A stretch of 64,000 bases of DNA from Spirochaetia bacterium (GTDB lineage Bacteria > Spirochaetota > Spirochaetia > DSM-2461), in assembly GCA_963668315.1 (NCBI GenBank), contig OY764216.1, forward strand, positions 4,064,001 to 4,128,000. Direction: 5' to 3'. Of the stretch, positions 19,365 to 29,082 are shown piece by piece (position 1 is the stretch's first letter; each line of letters starts with the position of its first letter). The notes beneath the pieces are model-generated. The model was not told where the DNA came from. It did no database searches and worked only from the letters and a program-made list of their open reading frames with translations. The position numbers and the translations under genes are program-made.

Positions 19365-20543
19365 TTACTGAAGTGCCAGCCAGAAATTTCTCAGATCATC
19401 GGCGGCCAGGTAGTTGTATTCCAGGTCCACGGGCCAGACGTTCAGAGAATCGAGAGCCTGCGTTTCCACGGTGGGAACATCCGTGCGTGAAGGCCAGGAT
19501 CCGCGTACGTGGAAGGGCTTGAATCCGGGACCGGAACCGTCGGCTTCTCCGCCCACCCAGCGGATAAGCAGTTTGGCCGCATTCACATGCTCCGCCTGGT
19601 CGGCGACATAGAGATAGGCGGGATCGAGGATTCCCTGACGGGGGGAGAGCTCTTCGGCTACGTTGACCAGAAGGTCGGGTCCGGCTTTGCGCATCTTGCT
19701 TGAGGTGGCGATGCCGAAGGGGGGATCCACCTGTCCCGGGGCGCCCACGGCCTCAACAATATCACCGTCGGAAGTCATGACAATCAGATCGTTGGCGGAG
19801 AGGCGTTTGAGGAACTCATAGCCGGCGTTCTCCGTTCCGTCCAGGACAATATCCTTACCGAACTCTTTCTTGTAAGCGGCAGCCATATCGTCGCTGTTTT
19901 TCACCATGGTAATGAAAAGTCCCATGATTTCGGAATTTTCGATCGGGCTTCTCAGGATAACCTTCCCCTTGTATTCCGGACGGGTAAGATCCCACCAGCT
20001 GTCAATGGGACAGGAATCGTAGACTTCGGTATTGTAGAAGACCTGCTTCATTTCAAAATAGGGGGCGTAACCGCCTTTCTGATATTCGGCAGGGGCGGTT
20101 TTCATCATATCTGCGGGGATGAATCCCTTCACAAGGCCCATTTTGACAAACTCGCTGTACACGGCGCCGTCCGAATCCTTGATAAAGAGCAGATCGGCGT
20201 TTCTGATCCCCGCTTCATGCTCCCTCTGAAACTTCTCCAGAATTTCGGAATTCCGCATATCGTAGGCAACGAGTTCAATGCCGGGATACCGGGCTTCAAA
20301 GGTCTCCTTGACATCGTTGAAGCGGCTGGACATGGAATAGACCGTGACCTTTCCCTCTTCCTTGGCTTTGGCATACAGCTCATCGGCGCTCAGATTCTCC
20401 CCGAGCCCCACAGTCTCTTCCCAGCTGACCTCAGCTTCCCCTGAAGAGGCGGCATAGGCTTTCTTGGTGCATCCGGACATCAATAGCCCCAGAGCGGCCG
20501 TGACAAAACAAAGAACGATGGCTGTTTTTTTTGCTTTTAACAT
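19365..20543 (-). CDS. ABC transporter substrate-binding lipoprotein (Fe3+/sugar-phosphate class)
   Basis: Lipobox LMSGC; AKEEGKVTVYS, FEARYPGI, SWWDLTRPEYKG, HVNAAKL. Confidence 0.88.
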   Translation of the reverse strand: MLKAKKTAIVLCFVTAALGLLMSGCTKKAYAASSGEAEVSWEETVGLGENLSADELYAKAKEEGKVTVYSMSSRFNDVKETFEARYPGIELVAYDMRNSEILEKFQREHEAGIRNADLLFIKDSDGAVYSEFVKMGLVKGFIPADMMKTAPAEYQKGGYAPYFEMKQVFYNTEVYDSCPIDSWWDLTRPEYKGKVILRSPIENSEIMGLFITMVKNSDDMAAAYKKEFGKDIVLDGTENAGYEFLKRLSANDLIVMTSDGDIVEAVGAPGQVDPPFGIATSSKMRKAGPDLLVNVAEELSPRQGILDPAYLYVADQAEHVNAAKLLIRWVGGEADGSGPGFKPFHVRGSWPSRTDVPTVETQALDSLNVWPVDLEYNYLAADDLRNFWLALQ

Positions 20544-20618
20544 AAAATAACTCCTCTAATAATTTTATAGACATCGGCGGCGCTTCCTAGGTCACCACCG
20601 AGATATCCCGCCGTACAA

Positions 20619-21752
20619 TTAATCCGTAGCTCTTACGATCAGTGTTCCCTCCTTGTTCTCGAACAGGTTCATTCGATTCTCCTTAAGGCCGATCCAGACG
20701 GTCTGTCCCATCTCATAACGGAGCTGGCCTATCTCCTTGGCCATGACAAGGTGCCCTCCCAGATCCAGCTCGAGAAGAGTCTCCGATCCGGCGGGCAGAA
20801 TGGACGTCACATCGCAGGGAAAAAGCCCCTCCTCCTTCTCGCGGCTGATATGGATATCCTCGGGGCGAATGGCTACCGTCACGTCTTCTATCCCGCCGGC
20901 CTGAAGGCCGCATCCGCATGTCCTGTTTGCCATTCCCAGAAACTCCAGGTCGCCGAAATCGCAGTTGACGGTCAGGGATTCCCCGCTCTTTCCTCCGATG
21001 GTTCCCTTGAGAAAATTGATCTTGGGGTTTCCTATGAATTCCGCCACTTTCAGGGTGGAGGGATTATTGTAGATTTCACTGGGTGTATTGCACTGGGTCA
21101 GAACGCCTTCGAAATAGACGGCTATCTTGGAGGAGAGTGTCAGCGCCTCCACCTGATCGTGAGTCACGTAGATGATTGTCGTATTCAGATCCTTGTGAAG
21201 GCGCTTGAGTTCCGCCCTCATGTCGACCCTGAGCTTGGCATCCAGGTTGGAGAGGGGCTCGTCCAGAAGAAGAATCTTCGGCTGGGAAACAATGGCCCGG
21301 GCGATGGCCACCCTCTGCTGCTGCCCTCCGGAGAGTTCGGAGGGATAACGCTCGGAGTAGTCATGGATCTGCATCTTCTCCAGAGCCCCCATAACCTTGT
21401 CCTTGATCTCGTTTTTCGGCATTTTCTTCACGGTAAGGCCGAAGGCCACGTTCTCGAAGACGGTCATATGGGGCCACAGGGCATAGCTCTGAAAAACCAG
21501 ATTCAGATTTCTCTTCGAAGGGGGGGCGAATTTTCCCTTTTCCGGATCGGCCACGGCCACCCCGTCTATCGTGACGAGGCCGCTCTGGGGATTTTCCAGA
21601 CCTGAAATGACCCGGAGGGTTGTTGTCTTGCCGCAGCCCGAAGGCCCCAGAAGGGTCATGAAGTCTCCCTGGTCTATGGTTAAATTCACATCCTTGAGTA
21701 TGTGTTCCCTATCATAATATTTATTGACTTTTTTCAGTTCTATCCGGCTCAT
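20619..21752 (-). CDS. ABC transporter ATP-binding protein (FbpC/PotA class)
   Basis: GPSGCGKTT, LSGGQQQR, DEPLSNLD; C-terminal TOBE-like region. Confidence 0.95.
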   Translation of the reverse strand: MSRIELKKVNKYYDREHILKDVNLTIDQGDFMTLLGPSGCGKTTTLRVISGLENPQSGLVTIDGVAVADPEKGKFAPPSKRNLNLVFQSYALWPHMTVFENVAFGLTVKKMPKNEIKDKVMGALEKMQIHDYSERYPSELSGGQQQRVAIARAIVSQPKILLLDEPLSNLDAKLRVDMRAELKRLHKDLNTTIIYVTHDQVEALTLSSKIAVYFEGVLTQCNTPSEIYNNPSTLKVAEFIGNPKINFLKGTIGGKSGESLTVNCDFGDLEFLGMANRTCGCGLQAGGIEDVTVAIRPEDIHISREKEEGLFPCDVTSILPAGSETLLELDLGGHLVMAKEIGQLRYEMGQTVWIGLKENRMNLFENKEGTLIVRATD

Positions 21753-21753
21753 A

Positions 21754-23592
21754 TCAACCTCCTATTCCTTTGGAAATATCCGCTTTGCTAACTTTTCGGG
21801 CGATGAAATTCACAGTGATGATAATGAATATAATCAGTGTGGTGATGGCATTGGAAAACTGCTCGAACCCGGACTCCGTATAGGAGTATGTGAGTGTCGT
21901 CAGTGTTGCCGTTTCCGGCGTTACAAGGAGCATGATCAGGGCCAGTTCTTTCATCCCGCTGATAAAAATCAGGAGAAAGGCGCTGAAGACTCCGCCCTTG
22001 GCGAGGGGGAGGATGAGCCGGGAGAAGATCCTGACCCAGGGGGTTCCCTCGATTTTCGCCGCTTCCTCCAGTTCCGTATTGATCTGCATCATGCTGCTGG
22101 TCCCCGAACGGACGGCGAAGGGCAGATATTTCACAATGCTGATGAGGACCAGAAGGGCGAACGTTCCATAGAGGACGGGCAGGAAGAGCTGGGGCTTGGA
22201 GAACATGGAGAGGTAGATCGTGCTCAGAGCGATGGAGGGGATGAGCATGGGGGTAAAGGAGATCTGCTCGATGAAGCGCCCGCTCAGCTTCTTTCTTCCC
22301 CGGGAGATGATATATCCCAGCAGGAGTCCCGCCACCGTGGCGATTAGCGAGACGAGGAAGACAAGACGGAGCGTATTGAACAGGGCTTTCCATATTCTCG
22401 GATTATGGAAAATACCCGCTTCTCCGTCGGCGATGGCCGGGTTTCCCTCTCCTATCCAGAAGTGCAGGGTCAGATTATCCAGGCTGTAAATCCCCTCCCT
22501 GAGCATGACGCTCTGAAGGACCAGGACCAATAGGGGCATGATGACACCCAGGATGACGAAAAGGAGGACTAAACCGGTGATGAAGGGCTTCAGCTTCTTC
22601 AGCTTGATGTAGTTCTTTCTGGTGCTCTTGCCGCCGATCGTCGTGAAGCTCTTCCGTTTGCCGATGGCTTTCTGGTTCAGATAAACCGTAAAGCTGGCCA
22701 CAGCCATAAGGACGATTCCCAGAGTAAAGGCCTGGGTGGTCAGCCTGTTTCTGATATTGGCGTAAATCATGGTGGAAAGGGTGTAGTAATTCACCTTAAG
22801 CCCCAGAAAGGCCGGTGCTCCGAAGGATCCTATGGCCTTGGAAAAGGTAAGGATGAAGGAGGAGAGGATAGCCGGCAGGACCAGGGGAAAGGTGATTTTA
22901 CGCAGGATAAGGCTTCTTTTCGCTCCGGTGATCTCGGCCATCTCCTCCAGGTCGCCCCCGATTGAGGAGAGGGCCGAGGAAATGAGCAGAAAGGAGAAGA
23001 CAAAGTAATGGAGCGACAGGGTCACCACGATGGGGACGAAGCCGTAGGAGAACCAGTCGGGAAGGCTGATTCCGGTGATGGCCTGAAACATACCGGGATA
23101 GCCGCCGATCCGGTCGTTCTTGAAAAGGACCTGCCAGGCCAGAGCCTTGCACCAGGAAGGGACCATGTAGGCCACTACCAGGATGAATGAGAAGAACTTC
23201 TTCATGGGTATGTCGGTTCTCGTGATGAGCCATGCGAGGATTCCCCCGATGGTGATGCCGATGCAGGAAACGCTCAGCGAGATCATCAGGGAGTTGATAA
23301 GCGGCTTGTAGAACATGGCCCGGCTGATCTGACTGGCAAAGGTGGTCGCCCAGTATCTCATGGTGAACGACCCTTCGGGCAGTCCCGTTTTCGCCGCGTC
23401 CCTGAACTGAAGCTCAAAGGTGGACGTGAAGATCTCCCACAGGGGCAGCGCCACAAGATAGAGCAGCAGAATAATGGACACAACCGTAATCAGATTCTGA
23501 GGATTCCTGATATAATTCAGCGCCCTGTTTCCGTAGAGGCGCAATTTTTTACTCTGGACACTCCTATCGGTCAATTCTGCGATAGTTCCCAT
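21754..23592 (-). CDS. ABC transporter fused double permease (FbpB class)
   Basis: About 12 TM helices; two EAA loops (LEEMAEITGA, LEEAAKIEG). Confidence 0.93.
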   Translation of the reverse strand: MGTIAELTDRSVQSKKLRLYGNRALNYIRNPQNLITVVSIILLLYLVALPLWEIFTSTFELQFRDAAKTGLPEGSFTMRYWATTFASQISRAMFYKPLINSLMISLSVSCIGITIGGILAWLITRTDIPMKKFFSFILVVAYMVPSWCKALAWQVLFKNDRIGGYPGMFQAITGISLPDWFSYGFVPIVVTLSLHYFVFSFLLISSALSSIGGDLEEMAEITGAKRSLILRKITFPLVLPAILSSFILTFSKAIGSFGAPAFLGLKVNYYTLSTMIYANIRNRLTTQAFTLGIVLMAVASFTVYLNQKAIGKRKSFTTIGGKSTRKNYIKLKKLKPFITGLVLLFVILGVIMPLLVLVLQSVMLREGIYSLDNLTLHFWIGEGNPAIADGEAGIFHNPRIWKALFNTLRLVFLVSLIATVAGLLLGYIISRGRKKLSGRFIEQISFTPMLIPSIALSTIYLSMFSKPQLFLPVLYGTFALLVLISIVKYLPFAVRSGTSSMMQINTELEEAAKIEGTPWVRIFSRLILPLAKGGVFSAFLLIFISGMKELALIMLLVTPETATLTTLTYSYTESGFEQFSNAITTLIIFIIITVNFIARKVSKADISKGIGG

Positions 23593-23625
23593 AGTTTCCT
23601 CCTTTTTTTTTCATAATTTCCTTCC

Positions 23626-24387
23626 TTAATTTATGTGATTAATATCGTCTACAATCCTCGGGATATCGGACAGGCTGTAAATTCGGTAAGTCGGTTCATA
23701 CTCTCCCCCGCCCTCGCCGTCGCTCAGCTTTGTGAACTCCGAGCAGATCTGGATGGATCCGTAGAGTCCGGCATTTCGGGCACCCGCCACATCCCGTGAG
23801 AGGGTATCCCCGACATAAAGTGTCTTTTCGGCGGAACTTTGCATCCTGCCGAGCATGTCGCGGAACAGAAAGCCGTGGGGTTTTCTGATCCCGTAATCGG
23901 AGGAGAGGCCGATTTTCTCGAAGTAGTGGCTCATGCCGTACTTTTCCAGAGATCTGTGGACCTGGGTAAAGCTTCCCGTATTGCTGATGATTCCCATCCT
24001 GATTCCCCGGGATTTCAGCTCTTCCAGCATCTCCGGCGCCTCCTTGCGGCACTCCCTCACGATAACTTCCGTTTCCCAGAAATAGGCCAGTTTCTCGTGA
24101 TTATCGAAGATAAGCTCCGCGGGAATGGAGAGGTCTTTGAAAATCCAGTCGTTCCAGACCATGGCGGGATGTACCTCGATGCAGGTTTTTTCCCGGAAAG
24201 AACGGTACTCGCCGTATCTTTTCTGCAGGTAGGAGTAAAACTCCCCTCCCCCCAACGGGAAGATTTTCCCGTAGGACATCCCCAGTATTTCTTCCATTTT
24301 TCCTTCGATGATTTCCGGGACGCGGTCGGAATAGTGGATATCCTCCAGCGTGCCCCCCATATCAAAAAGGACGGTATCTATCTGCAT
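23626..24387 (-). CDS. HAD-superfamily phosphatase (subfamily I)
   Basis: FDMGGTL, ISN, RKP, VGDTLSRDV.GA. Start taken at MQIDTV, which overlaps the upstream gene end. Confidence 0.88.
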   Translation of the reverse strand: MQIDTVLFDMGGTLEDIHYSDRVPEIIEGKMEEILGMSYGKIFPLGGGEFYSYLQKRYGEYRSFREKTCIEVHPAMVWNDWIFKDLSIPAELIFDNHEKLAYFWETEVIVRECRKEAPEMLEELKSRGIRMGIISNTGSFTQVHRSLEKYGMSHYFEKIGLSSDYGIRKPHGFLFRDMLGRMQSSAEKTLYVGDTLSRDVAGARNAGLYGSIQICSEFTKLSDGEGGGEYEPTYRIYSLSDIPRIVDDINHIN

Positions 24388-25070
24388 ATACGCTCCTTTA
24401 CGATTAAAGAATCCCAATCCAGTTTTTTCACCTGTTCGACGAACTCCCCGATGGTTCGGACCCGGCGGCGCAGGGATATGCCTCCCGTGGCCAGATCACC
24501 CGGTCTGTGGAAATCGGAACCGGATATAATCAGAAGCTCATTCTCCCGGGCGATCTGCACGGCCCGGTGGTCCCGGGAATCGTGGCGCGGATTGCCGTTG
24601 TGCACCTCAAGGCCGTGGACGACCAGGGGGCTCACGAGGGAACATCCGTCCCTGAAGGGGTGGGCCTGGAATACCAGAAGGTCTTCCCGGTCCCCTACGA
24701 GCTCCATGAAATCCGCTATGGTCGATCTATGGATGAATTCCAGACTCTTCAAAGCGGACACATCCAGACCGTAGACAAGATAATCGTTTTTGTTCTCGGT
24801 GAACCGCAGTTCCAGCCCCCAGAGAATATCCATATCCAGCTTTTCGCCCTCTTCGGCGGCGGCTTGATAGCCTTCCAGGTATCTGTCGATCATTCCGTTC
24901 CAGCTCGTTTCCTCAAGCCTTTCGAAATACTCCTCATTGAAGTGATCCGTAAAGACGATCCCCTGGTAACCGGCATCCTTATACATTCTGACCGCCTGGA
25001 CTGCCGGAACATGACCGCAGCTGCTAACCTCGGCCGTATGGGCATGTATTTCGTATTTATATTTTTCCAT
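24378..25070 (-). CDS. PHP-domain phosphoesterase
   Basis: EIHAHT, FTDH, GLELR, AHPFR, EVHN, GSDFH. Confidence 0.92.
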   Translation of the reverse strand: MEKYKYEIHAHTAEVSSCGHVPAVQAVRMYKDAGYQGIVFTDHFNEEYFERLEETSWNGMIDRYLEGYQAAAEEGEKLDMDILWGLELRFTENKNDYLVYGLDVSALKSLEFIHRSTIADFMELVGDREDLLVFQAHPFRDGCSLVSPLVVHGLEVHNGNPRHDSRDHRAVQIARENELLIISGSDFHRPGDLATGGISLRRRVRTIGEFVEQVKKLDWDSLIVKERICR

Positions 25071-25089
25071 TCCAACTCCTTCAAATTAA

Positions 25090-25103
25090 CTTAAACGTTT
25101 TAG
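25090..25103. promoter_or_regulatory. LacI-type operator A (CTTAAACGTTTTAG)
   Basis: Near-palindrome with central CG; matches the sites at 26143 and 36963. Confidence 0.7.
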
Positions 25104-25119
25104 TATCGAGCGAAAAAAA

Positions 25120-26127
25120 TTATATACGTCCCGTTGAAGTCCGGACTTTCAGTTCCGAGTGGAGCATGACTTTCCTCTCTTCACCCTGCTGATCACCGCA
25201 TATTCTGTGATGCAGCTGCTCCATGGCCATCTCTCCAATCCGGAATTTAGGCTGACGGATGGTACTGAGACCGATCATGGGCAGCGAAGCAAAGGGGATA
25301 TCGTCATAGCCGATCACCGACACATCGTCGGGGACCCTAAGGCCCGCCTCATTCAGGGCTTCCATCACCCCAATGGCCATAAGATCGTTCAGAGCGAACA
25401 CCGCCGTGGGAATTTCTGTACGGCCGGAGAGAATACGCGCCATGGCGTCACGGCCGCAGTCCCTCCCCTTAAGCCCCTCATCATCGATAAAGACATCGGA
25501 ATTCAGCCCGTTCTCCTCCATGACACGGCAATATCCCTTGACTCTGTCCGACCGGGTCTTCGTATTCAGATCATCGCAGATCATCGTGATTCTCCGGTGT
25601 CCCAGCTCCACAAGATGGGCAGCCGCCAGCATGGCGCCCTGGTAATTATCGCTTCCCACATAGTCATCCATGGTATCGTTGACCTTGCCCCCGAAATAGA
25701 TAATGGGAATCTGATTCTTCACGGCCTCCTTGATGTGGGAGATATCATTGCCGACGGGCCCCACCAGCAATCCGGCCACACGGTTCTCCATCATGATGGA
25801 GATGTACTTTCTCTCGCTTTCCAGATCCCTTTTCGTATCCCCCAGCAGCAGGGTATAGCCGTATTCCATGGCCTTCTCATTTATTCCCTTATAGATAACG
25901 GGATATATCGGCGTGGAAATATCGGGAATCAGTACACCCACCGTTTTATTGCCCTGCTTCACAAGATTCCGGGCGATCATGTTGGGCGTATATCCCAGCT
26001 CCCGGCTTATCCTAAGGATTTTGTCCCGGGTGGCTTCTCCGATATCGGGCTGACCATTCAGTGCCTTTGACACGGCGGCTGCCGAAACACCCGCTTTCCT
26101 GGCAATGTCCTTTATGGTAACCCTCAT
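25120..26127 (-). CDS. LacI family transcriptional regulator
   Basis: TIKDIARKAGVSAAAVSKALN HTH; VPDDVSVIGYDD. Confidence 0.95.
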   Translation of the reverse strand: MRVTIKDIARKAGVSAAAVSKALNGQPDIGEATRDKILRISRELGYTPNMIARNLVKQGNKTVGVLIPDISTPIYPVIYKGINEKAMEYGYTLLLGDTKRDLESERKYISIMMENRVAGLLVGPVGNDISHIKEAVKNQIPIIYFGGKVNDTMDDYVGSDNYQGAMLAAAHLVELGHRRITMICDDLNTKTRSDRVKGYCRVMEENGLNSDVFIDDEGLKGRDCGRDAMARILSGRTEIPTAVFALNDLMAIGVMEALNEAGLRVPDDVSVIGYDDIPFASLPMIGLSTIRQPKFRIGEMAMEQLHHRICGDQQGEERKVMLHSELKVRTSTGRI

Positions 26128-26142
26128 TTCCGCCGACTCCTT

Positions 26143-26187
26143 CTTAATCGTTTAAGTAATTCTACACCCACTTCCTCCGCAGGTCAA
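26143..26187 (-). promoter_or_regulatory. Sigma70 promoter (TTGACC-17-TAGAAT) with operator A (CTTAATCGTTTAAG, 26143-26156)
   Basis: Read on the minus strand; the operator overlaps the predicted start site of the lacI gene, implying autoregulation. Confidence 0.7.
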
Positions 26188-26268
26188 TGATTTTATGCAC
26201 CCGAACCGGGAATATTTCAGGGCGGTACATCTGAAAAATCCGGCATATTTCACTGACCTGCCCCCTGT

Positions 26269-27144
26269 TCAGCCTTTATACCCGATTTCGGCCATTCTCT
26301 CGTACACCTCTTCCTCGGTACCGCTGAAGGGACCGGGCGCTTCCATTTTAATGGAGCAGAGCGCCGCAGCGTAATAAACCGATTCTTCCGGACCGGCGGT
26401 CAGCCTTTTCGCCATATAGGCCGCGAAAGTCGTATCGCCCCTTCCCGTCCGGCCCGAAAGGTTTTTCGGATTGTAGGGGGCCCTGTAGAGACTCTCGTCC
26501 ATCACAAGGAGTACTTCGTTATTATGGGTCAGGATGACTTCCCGGGCGCCCTTTTCCGCCAGATAACGGGCGGCGATCTCCCTGTCCTTGACACCCGTCA
26601 GGATTTCCGCTTCCGCCGCATCCGCCTTGAAGTAGGTGATATAGGGCATGTAACGGTCGATATTGTCCCAGTTTCTGAAAAGGAGTTCCCCCTCTTCGCT
26701 GCAGCGCAGAAGCCCCTGGGCATCAATTCCCACCTGACCCTTATCGGCCAGAAAGGGGATGAATTCGTCGGGGATCTCCCCCCGGAAAAGTCCCGCCAGA
26801 TGATAAATCCGGCTGTCCGATTCGGGAAAACGGTCTACCCGGAAAGGATCGGCCTGGGACAGCAGGGTCACCTCGCGCCTTTCCCTGTCCTCGGAAAGAT
26901 AGCGGTTTTCAATACTCGTGGTATCCCGGGAATCCACCCGTGTCACCCGGACGTTCTGCTTCCTCATAATATCCAGGGAGGAATCGTCCTCTTCCCGGCA
27001 GGCCGTGATGACATGGACATCGACCCCGGTCAGGGCGGCGGCTATGGACGAATAGATTACCGGACCACCGGTGAACTTCTGCACTTCCTCTCCATAGATC
27101 ATAATATCCTTCGAGATATGACCGATCATAGTAATATCAAACAT
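26269..27144 (-). CDS. PfkB/ribokinase-family kinase, paralog of 18427-19308
   Basis: GHISKD, GGPVIY, FKADAAEAE, GRTGRGDT, SIKMEAPG. Confidence 0.85.
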   Translation of the reverse strand: MFDITMIGHISKDIMIYGEEVQKFTGGPVIYSSIAAALTGVDVHVITACREEDDSSLDIMRKQNVRVTRVDSRDTTSIENRYLSEDRERREVTLLSQADPFRVDRFPESDSRIYHLAGLFRGEIPDEFIPFLADKGQVGIDAQGLLRCSEEGELLFRNWDNIDRYMPYITYFKADAAEAEILTGVKDREIAARYLAEKGAREVILTHNNEVLLVMDESLYRAPYNPKNLSGRTGRGDTTFAAYMAKRLTAGPEESVYYAAALCSIKMEAPGPFSGTEEEVYERMAEIGYKG

Positions 27145-27949
27145 CTTTTTCCTCCATCAGGGAGTTGAGGACGATCCCCACTCCGTCTTTATTATTCTCG
27201 GGGGCGACCAGATCGGCGGCTTCGCGGACTTCCTTCCTGCCGTTGGACATGGCCACTCCCATTCCTGCCATTTGTATCATCTCCAGATCGTTGAGATTGT
27301 CGCCGAAACAGATAACCTCATCCAGAGAGAGTCCCAGATGGGAAGCCAGATCCTTCAAGGCCTTTCCCTTATTTGTCCCCTCGGGCAGTATTTCCAGGTA
27401 GGTATTTTCCGACTGCACCAGATTGGCGCGACAGTCGGTCCCTTCCCTGAAAAGCTTCCGGAACTTATCAAAATACCGGTTATCCCCGATCATGAGGATT
27501 TTGGTAATCTGCTTGTCAATGATTCGCTGCAGATCCGGCACCACGGCGCAGGTGAAACCGTCTCCCTTCTCGTAGGCTTTCACCGCATCGGTTCGGCGGA
27601 GTATATAGGCCTCGCCGCGGGAGTAGAAAATAAAATCAAAGGGAAAGCCGGGAATAAGGGAAGCCGCCCGGCGCACCTCCGCGGGGGTGAGGCAGAGGTC
27701 CTTTATGACCTCCCCCGTATGGGGGTTGTAGATTCGGGCGCCGTTATAGAGAATGACCGGGACCCTGATAGCAAGATCACGGCAATAGGAGGCTACCGAT
27801 TTTTCTATCCGGCCGGTGGCGAGGGAGAGTTCTCCCCCCTCCCTTCTGAAGCGCTCAATGGCTTCCCTGTTCACCGGAGAAACGACTTTGCTGTCGTTGA
27901 CGAGAGTTCCGTCGATATCGCAGACCACGAGCTTGTAGGGAGTTTTCAC
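27137..27949 (-). CDS. Cof-type HAD-IIB phosphatase
   Basis: DIDGTL, ATGR, NGA, NKG, FGDNLNDLEM. Confidence 0.93.
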   Translation of the reverse strand: MKTPYKLVVCDIDGTLVNDSKVVSPVNREAIERFRREGGELSLATGRIEKSVASYCRDLAIRVPVILYNGARIYNPHTGEVIKDLCLTPAEVRRAASLIPGFPFDFIFYSRGEAYILRRTDAVKAYEKGDGFTCAVVPDLQRIIDKQITKILMIGDNRYFDKFRKLFREGTDCRANLVQSENTYLEILPEGTNKGKALKDLASHLGLSLDEVICFGDNLNDLEMIQMAGMGVAMSNGRKEVREAADLVAPENNKDGVGIVLNSLMEEKDV

Positions 27950-29082
27950 TTACCCTCCTCGCCGTTCTCTTCCAGAAGACGGATGCTTTCCAGATTCAGA
28001 AGGAGACTGACTTCATCGTCCACCCGGTAAATTTTCGATTCCTGGGGACAGTAGGATTCCACACGCACGCTCCTTCCCCTGACCTCGACTTCGTACTCGA
28101 CGAAATTCCCGAAGAATACCGCTTTTCGCACTTTCCCTTCCAGTTTTTCCGCCCCGCGGTCCGCCAGGCGTACGGCTTCGGGGCGTATCACAGCCGTGCC
28201 CCTGCCCGTCCGTTTCCCGAAAGCCTTCCCGGGACGGCTCAGGCCGTATTTTTCCCCCAGGATTTCCACCGTCGCCTCATCCCCCGTAAAGGAAAGGACC
28301 TCCGCGGGGAGAAAATTGGACTTGCCGATAAAATCGGCCACGAAGAGAGAGTTCGGCTCATTGTAGAGCTCCGCCGGGCTTCCGACCTGCCGGATTTTCC
28401 CGTCCTTCATCAGGACGACCTTATCGGATATCGCCATGGCCTCCGACTGATCGTGGGTTACATAAAGACTGGTAATACCCAGCCTCTTCTGGAGGGCCCG
28501 CAGTTCGTCTCTCATATACTCCCTCAGTTTCGCGTCCAGATTGGAGAGGGGCTCATCAAAAAGCAGCACCTTCGGCTCAATAACCACCGCCCGGGCCAGG
28601 GCAACCCGCTGCTGCTGGCCCCCGGAGATCTTTGAGGGAAGCCGGTTCTCCAGCCCCCGGATCTGCATCAGGTCGATGATCTGATTGGCCCGTCTCTCCA
28701 CCTCCTCCGCGGGAAGCTTCTGGAGCTTCAGGCCGTAGCAGATATTCTTGTACACCGTCATATGGGGAAAGAGGGCATAGCTCTGAAACATCATGGCCAT
28801 ATCCCTTTTGTTCGGGGGAACCGATTCAATGGAACTGTCCCCCAGAAAGAGCGAACCGGATGTGATGCTCTCAAAGCCGGCCACCATTCGGAGCGTGGTG
28901 GTTTTGCCGCATCCCGACGGCCCCAGAAGAGTGGTCAGCTCCCCCGCATTGATATCCAGATTAATCCCGTCCACGGCGGTGAACTCCCCCTTGCCGTCGA
29001 GGCTGGGGAATTTCTTGGTCAGATCGACCAGCTTCAGACCGCGGCTTTTCGCTTTGATTTCTTCTTCTATTTTATTTTTCAT
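27946..29082 (-). CDS. ABC transporter ATP-binding protein (FbpC/PotA class)
   Basis: GPSGCGKTT, ISGGQQQR, DEPLSNLD. Confidence 0.95.
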   Translation of the reverse strand: MKNKIEEEIKAKSRGLKLVDLTKKFPSLDGKGEFTAVDGINLDINAGELTTLLGPSGCGKTTTLRMVAGFESITSGSLFLGDSSIESVPPNKRDMAMMFQSYALFPHMTVYKNICYGLKLQKLPAEEVERRANQIIDLMQIRGLENRLPSKISGGQQQRVALARAVVIEPKVLLFDEPLSNLDAKLREYMRDELRALQKRLGITSLYVTHDQSEAMAISDKVVLMKDGKIRQVGSPAELYNEPNSLFVADFIGKSNFLPAEVLSFTGDEATVEILGEKYGLSRPGKAFGKRTGRGTAVIRPEAVRLADRGAEKLEGKVRKAVFFGNFVEYEVEVRGRSVRVESYCPQESKIYRVDDEVSLLLNLESIRLLEENGEEGK

